A stretch of DNA of 63,898 nucleotides, filler included, from Choristocarpus tenellus KU-1152 (Eukaryota; Protista; Phaeophyceae): the NCBI GenBank assembly GCA_964200185.2. It is 11 parts of 11 records of this genome, joined end to end, with 100 filler letters (N's around TTAATTAATTAA, not from the genome) between each part and the next. Parts side by side here need not be neighbours in the genome. Positions count along the whole stretch, not along the records: positions 50,100 to 56,113 come from CAXNAD020009168.1; positions 56,214 to 59,768 come from CAXNAD020019294.1; positions 59,869 to 63,898 come from CAXNAD020016588.1; 8 more parts are not named here. The stretch is one strand, 5' to 3'. Below are positions 52,153 through 63,750 of the stretch, piece after piece. A program made the position numbers and the translations under genes. Position 1 is the stretch's first letter; each line of letters starts with the position of its first letter. Below the pieces are notes generated by a model that was given only the letters and a program-made list of their open reading frames with translations, made no database searches and had not been told where the DNA came from.

Positions 52153-53054
52153 TGCGAATGTCGTTGCTATTGCCCCTACCATCTCCTAGCACCATCCCCA
52201 ATTGATTCTTGACCTTCAGCATCACCTCACCAAACTGTGGCCAAGGGGTTGCGGCAAAATGAATAGAGAAAAGGGTCGGAACTTGTATCAGTTGGATCCA
52301 TCGTCAATAAAAAAAACGCTCTAGAAGAAGCAAGTCCACAACAAGATAAAGTGGGGTTATCAAATTCACAAGATTGGACCGATGCGATATTGAACTGAAA
52401 GCGAAAGAGTGATGCAAGGATTACAGGGTAGTTCCTATCATGGAGCTCTATCATAGGGGGTATGAAACTATAATTCACAATTCTGCCACAAAAGAAAAAA
52501 GTATTTTTTGATATGCTTGTATATATTTTGGATTTTGTATAATATTGTGACCCCATTTGGCCAACAGGATCCACTCCCTTCCCAATTTCCCCTTGCCCTT
52601 CAAACACACCATCCCTGAAGTTCGACTTGGTACTTGGCTTTAGATAATAGAATAGCTAGCCACGAATAAATAATCTCCTCCCTTCTTTCCGACATTGGGG
52701 TTCACCTGTGTGTGTTGCAGTGCACGCACACTTTTTCGAATCTAGTATGGCGTCTGGGGGTACCTGTTCACCAATGGAAATATTATTTCAAGGAAGGAGA
52801 GTAGTGCACGCATACATCTGATATGGTAACAATAACAAAGCGACAGCTCTACTCGCCGTCTGCCATTCAATCTCACTGTAGGTCAACGTGGAGCTGGTGC
52901 ACAGTTTTGAAATTCGCTCTCGCCTCGAAACTCTTCTCCCCTCTCCAAGCAGGATGTCCCCGTACAAGGTGTGCATCATCCGTTCGAGTTGAACAAGGTA
53001 ACCGTCATCTAAGAGTATGGAATCCATCTCAGTCTGGGATGTCATGCTTGTCAT
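50961..53054 (-). CDS. Class I SAM-dependent methyltransferase, DOT1-like. Exons 53054-52857, 52234-52180, 51769-51630, 51063-50961; 3' exon(s) not resolved
   Basis: Spliced product: ...STLTYSEIEWQTFGEVMLKVK...EGGNFYDIGCGTGIPIFVAATLQNTWKQCIGLEILTDLHDLC...HIEFVCGDATVLDWSD. This gives a YGE-like pre-motif, motif I (F.D.G.G.G), G.E post-I and F..GD motif II, as in DOT1-family domains. The first intron is GC-AG. Confidence 0.8.
52085..52150. repeat. (TG)n microsatellite
   Basis: About 33 units, intronic. Confidence 0.97.
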
Positions 53055-53211
53055 ATTTGTCAAGTGTGTTATGTTCTTTAAAACGTGATGAGAATGATTT
53101 TTATGAAGTAGACATTCAAATGTAACTGATTTTTCACCAACGCCTTCCTTACTCTGTACATGGTTTGGGTAACCAATTGTCTCTGTGTTAAATCACAACG
53201 TTATACGCAAC

Positions 53212-56096
53212 ATGAGATTTGGGGCTTTATCTTTCGTCCTACATCAGGTAACTCGCACACCCTCGAGAGGTGTGACCCATGGACTAGTAGCACCGGCGTC
53301 CAATGTATTCTGCCCTGACTGGAGGAATTATGGCTATTTTCCTAGTAAAGCAAGAGACCTATTGCAACTTCGCCAAATGATTCCCACTGAGCAACTTCCT
53401 GGATTCGACTGGGACAATTGCAAGATTTCTGAGATTCGTGCACAAATGAAGAAAAGGTGGGTTGTCCACTCCGGACCCAGGCAAGGTTTTCATCCAAATT
53501 GGTGTGGTCGAAGGCCAATCTGGGCACGTCAACCTACCCACGCATTTTTCAACGGTTCCAGAAGATACAACAATGGTACATCTGTTTCCCAATTGTTTAC
53601 AGGGGTTTCATACCCAGCGCCAAGCAAGCAGTCAATAAGGAAGGACTACTGGAAGAACTTCGTGGTCTCGTTCGTGCCGAGAGCTTCGCAAAACCCGACC
53701 CAGGCCCTGAGAGGTGCACGCTATGGCCCCTTTATACCCACCAGGTTCCTTGGGGAGCGATGTCATTTTAGACCATTTTCGATTATTCCACTCAAAGGCT
53801 TTGGTGATAGCAAGGGAGACATTGCAATGTGTGCACCAAGCCGAGACACAAGCAGATCCCAAGAGCCCAGAGTGCCTTTGAAATAAGACTGGGATTGATT
53901 GTTCAATCCGCCGTTGTTTCCCAGCAGTCTAGCAGTCCATCCACACCTTTTCAGCATATTCTTAGGTTCCATCACCACCCTTCGTTCATGAAGTCATGGT
54001 CAAAAGTGGTAGCTGGAGCCTAACTGGAGTCTAGCTGGAGCTGTCAGTGTATTCTATTTAGTTCGCTTCCATATTTGCTCATCAGTGTTCCTCGTGACCC
54101 CATTAATTGATTTCGCGAACTTCATTTTTCGCTTGGGAAAGGTATAGTCACATTTTGCACCACCCTGTTAACAGGCTGCAACAAGGATGGCACACGCCGT
54201 CACCAGGCAGTGGGATGGTCTATCAAACCCCAGGAACACCGACCTGTCCAGCTAGGGACGAATTTCAACCCGATACCGCAGGTTGTGTTCACGATGGTTC
54301 TAATGGACTATTAGTATGGAAGATCCACTCGGCTGTGCATGATACAAGTAAGAAGAACTGAAAACAACCCCTACCAATGCCCACCACCCCATCTTGTGTC
54401 AGTGTCTCTTCCACGTATCCCTCAAGATGGAATCCAGATGCTGGCTTTGTGGACAAGGCTCTTCTTGCAAGAGGGCCACAAGGGTTTGCGTTATGCCGTT
54501 TCTGCGGAGAAGAATGTCCCAGCAAGCGACGAACTTTCTGTTCCTCTGGCTGCATTCATCAGCACAAGGTTGGAAAAAAGGGACATTTGATTGGGGAGGC
54601 TTGTTTGATCTGCCAAGTCTGAAGCGTTCATTGCATGTCACCATAGATACATGTAGGTTGTTATGGTTGGTGCAGTTTGTACTTGATTCTAGAGAACCTG
54701 GGGCTGAGTTTCTGGCCCAGTAGTAGAGACTTCCAACCGAGATCTGGGTTGTAAGGGCAGATCTTTGTACAGCCTTGCCTTGGATGAAAAGGTTTGTTGC
54801 CCATTGTTGTGGCATGTTCTTTTGGGGCATTTAATCATCCAAACAGGGATCATATTCAGGGGGAATCATCGTATGACCTCAAATAGGCTCAGGTGCCTTG
54901 TGCTCTCACATATTCCATCTAATTCAGGCATGTGCAGCTGGTTTTGCGGTGAAAAGTTGGGAGGATCGAAGATACTATACTCTTCTTTACGAACGATCAT
55001 TATTCTTTTGCACTGGCAAGTGTCACTTTTGTGCCACAGAACATTCCCATGGCACTACAGAGCCAAACCATCATTTCTCAATTGGGTGTGAACTAGACTT
55101 GGAAATCTGGTTGGCATAGATAAACACTCCAGAAGGAAAGTACTGAGGCTTAGAAAGCATAATCGGAATGTTGCTAAGCATGATTGTATGTGCCTCCCAT
55201 GCCTGTTTAATTTGTTTCCAAACACCCCCCCCCCCTATCAAGTCTCCAATCATTTGACCGTGGTCGAAGACAAGACTTCCCTTCAACAAAACTTTTTTGT
55301 TTGCACTCCCTGAACTGAACCCACCTCCTCCCATGCCAAATGTTACCGCACCCTCCCCCTCCAGCTAAGGACAAACGGATCCTATGTTCGGAAATCTCTC
55401 TTCGTGAGGGACGGTGGAAAGGTGAGCCCAAGACTGTGATTGCGGTAGTGATTGGTCTTTGGATGGTTTGTCCTTCAAGGGTGTTTGCTTTGCTCCACCC
55501 AGATACTTACTCCCCCTTTACTCGAAACCATGTAAAGAAACAGTCGTGGTTTTTGGTGTTGGCGTGCAAAGGACGTCATGGATGGATGGATGGATGGATA
55601 GTTTTGTCCGTTGGTCGAAAGTAGCTGCCGGAGGTTAGACTGGTGTGGGAGTGCTACCTGATCTGGTTGTAGCTTTTGCCACAAACCAATATGGCATGCG
55701 GCACAAACGTTTGCTCGGGGGAAGCGCTGGCGCTGTGGAAACGCCGAGTCAGTTCCGCTGTCTTGACACCAAGACCGATTGTTGTGTTCGCCTTGGTTCT
55801 GTCTTGGACCATACCGCTGACGCGCTAGCTGACATTTCCTGCTGTAGGTGATGTAGGTGAACGCATTGGAAGCAATCTGCAGTCGCTTTGAGCATCAAGC
55901 CCCCGGTTTTCATACCAGCACAAACAAGTTCCTGCCAATAGTCCCACTCAACTTGTCTACTCAGTGTGCAGGGTGTGGTTTTCATGCTCACGACTTATTC
56001 AAGAAGGCTAAGGCTGCTTGGGAGTCTGGGACCACCCCAGGTGAAAGACAAGCTCTGGTGGAAGCTGCTGTTGCAGGAACACCCTGGGAGGGAAAG
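53212..56096 (+). CDS. SAP-like domain + ZRANB3-type zinc-binding/HNH-endonuclease-region protein. Exons 53212-53456, 53603-53713, 54403-54568, 55365-55421, 55965-56096; truncated by the contig end
   Basis: Spliced: WDNCKISEIRAQMKKRGFIPSAKQAVNKEGLLEELRGL (SAP-like), then LCRFCGEECPSKRRTFCSSGCIHQHKLRTNGSYVRKSLFVRDGGKCAGCGFHAHDLF. This is the CxxC...FCS..C...R...Y.R...F.RD.G.CxxC segment that precedes the HNH motif in ZRANB3-type nucleases. The HNH catalytic motif itself is not in the contig. Confidence 0.75.
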
Positions 56097-56829
56097 GTGA
56101 TCCCCTAGCACCCNNNNNNNNNNNNNNNNNNNNNNNNNNNNNNNNNNNNNNNNNNNNTTAATTAATTAANNNNNNNNNNNNNNNNNNNNNNNNNNNNNNN
56201 NNNNNNNNNNNNNAAAGTGCCGCGACATTTACAAAAAAAAAACATAACGCTCCATCCTCAATTTTTAAAATCCACTGTTGTCTGCAGAGCCTCTTTGCAG
56301 TCTATGGCGAAGTGCTGGGTTCCAAGGGTGAGAACATATTCAAAATTCGATATTTAAGCAAGGATAAGGCGGAGAAAGCAGGCAAGCTCCCCCCGAATGC
56401 CCTGGGGGATGCAGAGAAATACCATGATGGAATGGAGTTTTGAAGGGCTTCGGGGGTGGAATCATAGATAGGTGTAGGCTGTCCGATTTTGCTTGAGATT
56501 TTGGTGGGCAACCTTTATAGAGTCCGCACAACACGCCCCAAAAAATATAATAATGTTAAAAAAAATCTTGCTTCTAATCGAAATTGCAATGGTTATGCTA
56601 AATTTAATTCCGAACCTAAAAATATTATGGTACCACACGACAGACCCCATAAAATATATTAATGTGAAAAATATCTTGCTTCTTTATGGGGGCTGCAATA
56701 GTTATGCTACATTTAATTCCGAACGGAGCAAGTACTTACTCCCTATATCCCTCGTACATCTATCTGCGATGTTACAAATTTTTGCTTTTTGTTTAACCGC
56801 TTCTTCTAGAATACGAAGGCTTTCCTGGT

Positions 56830-57025
56830 GATTTATGGCTGAAATTGAACCTCTGGATATAATTGTTCGGAGGAGAGGTTTGGTTTTCGCATTTTGCTCC
56901 AAAATAGTTCTGAATCTGTTTCGAGAAGTGGAACCGAAAAAACGATTCTGTTCGCTCCCATTTTATGTGGCTGCACTGTGCCTGGTAAAGTGCCCCGTCA
57001 TCGTCACACAACATCTCAGCACCTC
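56830..57025. repeat. Second copy of the degenerate dispersed repeat (see 26320-26545)
   Basis: Colinear nucleotide similarity to the other copy. Confidence 0.75.
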
Positions 57026-57709
57026 ACGAAGACACGTACGACTCTTGCTCAGGAACCGATCATGTATGATGCGAGTTCCTGTAACCAAAGCAACAACGAA
57101 CTGCATCAATTAATTGCCTGAGCGGGGTCAACACGATTCATGTCGACAAAGATCGGTTCTACCTCATCCAGGATGGGGAGGGTGTCGATGTGTTTTCTGT
57201 GGAGGAAAGGGTGGGCTCCACCAAGGTATAGCATATGAGTTACATTCCTAAGGTGATGTTCATCTGAGCCATTTCTTGCGTAGACCCGCGATTTTGATGG
57301 CAAGATCAGAATCTGGCATGTTTGCATCATCAAGCAGACCCAGAGAATTTCGAGGTAATCTATTAAAGGATTTCAAAACAAGAAATCTTCGCTCTCAACT
57401 CAATCTGAGTACTCCTTCCATAGAAATAAGGGTGAATCGAGAAATATGAATGAAGTGGCCTAAATGTAATACATCCAAAACCTTGGTGCATCTTGCTTGG
57501 TTTGGCTCTAAATTACTCCTATCCATCACTGTCAACTATTTCAACAATAATGGTAAAAATGTAAGGACCAAGAGTGAGTAGAATCAATCCATCAAATACT
57601 ACTATGATCGATGACCTCATCCTGGTACTATACCACAAACAAAAGCAAGATTTGGAAGAAATATTTGCTCGTAATAATGATGTTATTTTCAAGATGAAGC
57701 TAGTGGGTC

Positions 57710-59700
57710 TTAGTTTGTGTGCTTCTGTTTGAATGGATCTGACCTGGAATAACATGGTTCAATACAATAAATCAACCTACTTGATTCCACTCGTTTCTCT
57801 TCCTTCTCTTTAGCTCTTCCCGCAGGCCAAATTAATGTGCGGCACACACACACCTACCTAATGATACCATCGTGGAAGTCAAATCCCCGTCAAATGCAGC
57901 TTTATACATGCAAACATGCGTGTACACATATGCAACTACTACTACCATTGCTGAGTCGAACCACAAAGCAAACCGTAACATAGGGAGGGGACGTTTGATC
58001 CTTGCCCCGCCTTCCCACTGCCTCAGAGGGAGGGGCGCAGGGGGCAATGCACGTTGGCACCAAACCTGCCCCAGGTGCCTATTCTCACCATTCCCAGCCT
58101 AGCACAATTTCCACCCTAATGTTGCTGGATGCATCTTGACCCCACCTAGTCCGCCTGCTAGCTCTACGACTATCCTTCCCTCCCTCCATACCGCCTACCT
58201 CTGCAACCTCTACATGCTAAACTTCGATTTCCCTTCTTTGGGTGGGGACGAACAAACACTAAAACGAAAATTACACATAATCTCTTCAACACACTATTTC
58301 CAGCAAAAAGTTCATGAACTAATCATTAAGTCAAAGATTGTTTGCAAGAAGAAGAGTGACAGAACCACAGACTGACTCACACACCAAAGGCTTCAATGAC
58401 AGCAACTAACAACCATATCCCATTACTACTGCATCATATCGGAGGAAACACCTCAAAAGTCGCCCAAGAAAAAGACGCGGTCCTAAAGGATATCTTTTGG
58501 ACTCTTGTACGACACCTGGACAAACTTGGGTCCTTGAATCACTATCCCTTGGTTATTTTCCCACCAACACCAGAATATTCCATCACCACTAGGAAGTCAC
58601 CTAGACATGGAACTCTACCCAGACAACATAATCAACTGGGTAAGAAATAATGATACAACAGTCTACGGGGAGTATTCACCAAGCTGCAGGATGACTTACT
58701 ATTATGATGATATACCATGACTTCTCTTCTATGTGTATGTATTTATTACTTCACAGAAATCAAAGAGTCTATGCCAAAACTTCATGTAAATACGAATGAA
58801 GGCATAAGGGACATTCATGAAGAGCAACATCTAGTCCAATTGGATGATGTGTAGTTTAAATCGAGCCAATAAGACGCATTGCCCTGCATACATCCCTTCA
58901 CCCCCTCAATCTCATTGGTACTCAATCTTGACAAGGCTGAAATGGTCAATCTTCCTGTACGGCCCCAAAATCCTTTCAGGTGAAGACAAAACCGTGAACC
59001 CTCTGATTGAGGCCCTACGTTCAGTCCCTACACATCTTATTGTGCCCTGACACATCACAGCCTAGTTCTATGAAGTGCATAAAACATACCCCCCACTCCT
59101 TTGTCTTCCTCCTCCCCACAACCTGACTCAACAAACCTTTACTCCCCCACATCAACTCTTGCATATCATGTTTGCATCACAGGGTGGAAAAATCAGCCTT
59201 ACTTAGCCATTACACACGGTATCGTCCTCCTTCTGGAACGCTCTTGGAATGGTATGTGTCACAGCGGAAAAATGATGTAGATGGCTAAGCAAGAGCAAAA
59301 AAGTGTATGCTCAGACCTAACAAGCCACTGGACACAGCACAGCATTTGCGACATCTCCAACTGCTTCACCTTGACCTTTGAACGCACAATTCAATGTCAT
59401 CATCTCCACCAAGACATCTATCAAGACATCCACCAAGACATCTATCAAGACATCTATCAAGACATCTATCTATCTTCATGCCCTTTCAGATTCCATTTGA
59501 TGAGTCTCAACTCTCCAAGTACAATCACAATGCCCCAAGTGTGTATCCTCACACCAGGGTTTCAAGATGCACCCTACTCGATATTAAAGAACTCGTCCTC
59601 TTCCAAGGGATTGTCCGACACATCCGGCAACGTCTGAGCATCGAACCTCGCAGCAGACTTGACGTCAAACACACCGTAGTTCGAGAAGAAGGGGTTGAGG
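57710..59700 (-). CDS. 3' part of an unknown multi-exon gene
   Basis: Phase-compatible candidate exons ASIRGFTVLSSPERILGPYRKIDHFSLVKI (~59014-58923), CRTRVQKISFRTASFSWATFE, AGNGENRHLGQVWCQRALPP...PMLR and SDPFKQKHTN*. Upstream exons near 59250 and 59580-59700 have an uncertain frame. Confidence 0.45.
59406..59470. repeat. 12-nt tandem repeat (CAAGACATCYAY)x5
   Basis: Directly visible. Confidence 0.92.
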
Positions 59701-59716
59701 AGGAGGAGGAGGAGGA

Positions 59717-59748
<32 letters not shown>

Positions 59749-59868
59749 AGGGGAAAGTTGGACCCGAGNNNNNNNNNNNNNNNNNNNNNNNNNNNNNNNN
59801 NNNNNNNNNNNNTTAATTAATTAANNNNNNNNNNNNNNNNNNNNNNNNNNNNNNNNNNNNNNNNNNNN

Positions 59869-60048
59869 AAGGGGGGGGGGGGGAGGTAGGAGGGGTCTAC
59901 ACCAGGGTGTCCATTTGGGCCATAACCAGGAAACGTGCACTTTCATTATCCATCCGATGTATGGAATCAAATCCCCCAAAAATCACGACATGAAAAAATT
60001 GACCCCAAATGGACAGCCGCCACCCCCCCCCCTCAGATACTTTGAGCC
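59869..60048. mobile_element. MITE family B copy, left TIR lost in the gap
   Basis: TCTACACCAGGGTGTCCATTTGGG ... CAGATACTTTGAGCC. Confidence 0.88.
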
Positions 60049-60884
60049 ACTTAGCAAGTCATCCATAGACATATGGACGATTTAGGGTTAGGTTAAGATC
60101 AGGGTTAGGGTTTGGTGAATTGCGAAAGGTTGAAAAAATGACTCTTAATGAAAAACGGTCACGATCTAGCCACCCCTCTTGGTTACTTTGACTCACTGGA
60201 GTATGTATCGGTAGGTGATTTGCTCACCTTCACATTAAGAGATTTCCCCACAATGAAAAGCTAGTCAATTGCGTGTACGCATTGATGGCAAGGTGGACTG
60301 AGGGCGGTTTGGCTCTTGTCATGCATAGCACCACTAAATTGTGGCATAGTCTTCTGTAATGGACTCTTTTCAGTGTGTGGTATGATCTCAAACAATAGTG
60401 CGAGCAAGATCAGAAATTGTCCATACCACAGAGTCATACCTCACCCCTTTCAAGCCCAGGTTATTACTAGTCATCTTAACTCCAGTACCCTGCTATACCA
60501 ACGTTTGCCTACAAAAGTCATACTGGGATATGAACTGCCGCAAGAGTCAACGCATGCAGGGCAGCAGTTGTAGATGTTGGTATTTTGGGAACTGTGTTGG
60601 GCATGATTGTGGCCGGTAGGTTAGGTGAATACGTTTGCCCTGGTCATAGCTCAGATTCTTGTCAGAGTAGACTCACTCATTCAGTGACAGATATTTATTC
60701 ATCGACACGAGTTATGGATAAGGTGTCTCTGTTCATTGATTATTCTACACTAATTGCACTCTACTGCTGCGACTATAAAAAAGAGCTATTTAGTGAATAA
60801 AAAAATCCGTCTCACGTTCTGGTACTCCAGGGTAGGAAGTGAACGTTGATGAAACATAAGATCGTCACATTTCAACCATTTAGT

Positions 60885-61144
60885 GAGTATAATTACCGTA
60901 GAGGGTAGAGCCGCGTCCTTTTGGGGTTCAAAATCCAATGTTCCGATTCTGATGTAATTTTGGGCATCGAGTTTGTTTAGGAAGTGTCGATATCTATTTT
61001 TCGGGCAGACGTTTTCATAATGTATACATTTTACCTACTCCTAAACAGTTTGGAGTAGCAAAATGTCATAAACAAAAACATGGGAAGCCAAGCCCCAAAT
61101 GAGCAAACAGGGCAAAACTCGTACCCTCTAAGATACTTTCACTC
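60885..61144. mobile_element. MITE family A (~260 bp), TSD AGT
   Basis: GAGTATAATTACCGTAGAGGGTAG ... TACCCTCTAAGATACTTTCACTC with AGT on both flanks. Confidence 0.88.
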
Positions 61145-61882
61145 AGTCCTTAAAAAGAATATACAAAAATACACGCACTTTACTTTATTGTCCGAAATTG
61201 ACAGAGGGCGGTGAAGAGTTCGAGGAGGTTAGGCAGAGCCCCAGGACTTGGGCATCCCTTAGCTCAATGCGACCTATGTAGTATTGTAGTAGGATAGTTA
61301 TATCTACTCTCTGGTGCAGAGCCACGGATGATTGGAAATATCTTTAAAAAATTCACTTGAAAGATAAAAAAGGAAGAAAACATGACCCAGGCGGCAAGCT
61401 CAATAAAAAAGAAAAGCTACAAAAACAAAAAAAAGTGTGACCCAGCCAGTTAGTCTCAGCAAAATGTCTATTTCTGGAGAGCACCCGAAAATAAAGAGTG
61501 TGGGGTGCACTGCTACTGACCTAGCCAGCAATGGACTCTCAAATTCTTGGAGTTTCCCCATGTTTGTGCTGGAAGACGCCATGTACAAACTGTAGGAGGT
61601 GCCCCCCTCTGTTGCATATTGGCAGCTTGTGCTGAACCTTTGGTATAACTTTATGCTAGCAATTTCACTGGTGTTACTTGTGTTTTACACCCAGTCTCCC
61701 AGTCTTGACGATGCTCTCGTTCTGTTAGAATAAGTAAACAGGTTGGATCTTGAGTAGTCTTGGTGCCCCCCTCCCTTCTCCTCATGCTGGTGCTTCAGGG
61801 GTTGAAAAATGCAGAATGAAGGTACAACGCTCTAATGGTTTCATGAGTATGCGGTGCCCCTTGTGTCCCATCAAAACACCAG

Positions 61883-63239
61883 GAGTGTCAGCTGCAGGCA
61901 GCGACAAAGAGCAATGAGGAGGCTCAAGTGCTTATCAATGACCTGCGTGCCTCCCTTGTCAAGCTGGAGGCTCGTGTCAAGCAGGTGAACAATAAAATTG
62001 AGGCTCAATCTAGTATATAATTCAGCAGAGGCAGTATTATCAATCTCTTCATTGATATGTGTGACTCAAGTTTGGTTGACAAGCTCGATCGTTTTTTCTT
62101 CTTTTTTTTCCTTTTCTCACCCTATCAAGACCTACACTCTTTGAAGTCCACCCACACTTCACTCACTTTAAGCACACACACACACACACACGCACGCATG
62201 CACGCACATACACACAACACAATGTGTGCTATGGTAACAGGCAGATGCGACGACTTGTAGCCTGGGAATTAACCGTCAGAAGGACTGCCTGGCTTGGAAG
62301 CGTTTAGCCCTTGACTACGAGATGAAAATCAGGTTGACCCCTAAATGTGTGGCATTTGCTGGCTGAAGCTAGTGCTGGGTATGATGGAGGTGGAGTCATC
62401 TAGAATGATTGTTGTGAAGTTTTTCGAAATGTGTGTATAACAAGTTGAATGACGCACTTTTTTTGGTGTGTGCTGCATAGCATTGTTGAGGTTTGTAGAA
62501 GGGGTATCTCCTTGGCCTTGAATGCGGAGTAATTGCACCTTGGACAACACTAAGCATACCTACATGTTTTCCCTTCCTAGGCTATGGAAAGTTTGAGCAG
62601 CTTCATACTCTGCTATCCAATGTACCCCCACATTACCCTGAACCAGCTCTCTTGAAACTTCTCTCATATTCTCCACTCCCCTACTGTCCCCTTTCCTCAC
62701 ACATTGCATGAACTGTACACAACATGAAATGGAAAAATATCTTCCCATCACTTTGAAGTCCTCTATATCGCCACCCTAATTATCTACCGACACCCACAAA
62801 CTTGATGGGCCTCCCTTCCACCATGTCACTCATCCGTTGTAGCTACCTCGAGAAAGCTCTCCGTCAGGAGGAATGCAAGCTTCGTATTGCTGAGCAGGTG
62901 ACACCTACTTAACCACTTCTCTTTTCTATTTATGTGCCGTGAAGGCCTGCAGCAAATACAGTTCACAATCAGGCACAAGTAACAAAGGCACATTCATTCA
63001 ATGTGGTGCAGGAGGAGTGGCATCTGGGGCATTGTGACCCAAGAATAATCTAAGCTTAGTTTCTGTTGCACTAGTGCACTTCTCACTCACTCTCTGACTT
63101 CTAGATGTGACTGCCGTTTCTTTAATGTCTATCAAAGGTGCACCGAGAAGAGGGGCTGGAACTTCACTTGGAACTGATTTCGAGACAGCGAGGGGACAAG
63201 AAGGAGAAGTCAAAGCAGGAAGAGGCCTTGCTCGAAGAG
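61883..63239 (+). CDS. Coiled-coil protein, internal exons 61883-61984, 62241-62332, 62843-62897, 63138-63239
   Basis: In-frame GT-AG exons: ECQLQAATKSNEEAQVLINDLRASLVKLEARVKQ / ...WKRLALDYEMKI / YLEKALRQEECKLRIAEQ / VHREEGLELHLELISRQRGDKKEKSKQEEALLEE. Confidence 0.7.
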
Positions 63240-63750
63240 GTTTGAACTTGACTGTTGATGTCAATATCACACAAACGTCTTGCATAGAGTGAAGCCAATA
63301 TGGAGTGGTGAGGGGATACGGTAATGAAATGAGCATGTCATACAGACGGAATAGCTTATATGACAGATTAAGTCGATGATGAGATGCCTTGGCCCAGAGC
63401 TAAAGTAGCTGAGAGGTGGATGCTATGAGGTTCTAAGGGCCCCTCTGACGTTCTGGTAGCATGATTTTGTTTTGAGCTTACAATTCACAGATGTCGAGTG
63501 TACATTTACTGCCTTGTGAGTACATCCAGTTTGCATAAGCAAGTTAATTTTAACCGTGTCCTTTATTAAAATGTCTCCATCTTCTTTAAAAAAAGTTGAT
63601 AAACCCCTTGAAACTCCAAACGGCACAAACAGAATCATCTCTTGGTCACTTTGACTCCCAGCAACATTCTCTATTCCCTACTCTTGGCGCTGACTGTGAT
63701 TAATGTAGTTGGTCCTATACAAATGAGAGTAAGAGAAAGATGAGACAAAA

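Noticed and set aside
53185-53886. 233-aa single-exon ORF as the real protein
   Set aside because: A spliced model (donor 53456, acceptor 53603, different frame) yields a coherent SAP-like motif; the unspliced remainder has no recognisable features.
50961-56096. Methyltransferase + nuclease as a restriction-modification system
   Set aside because: The methyltransferase shows DOT1-like motifs, and no DNA-methyltransferase catalytic motif (PC or D/NPPY) is visible in the recovered exons.
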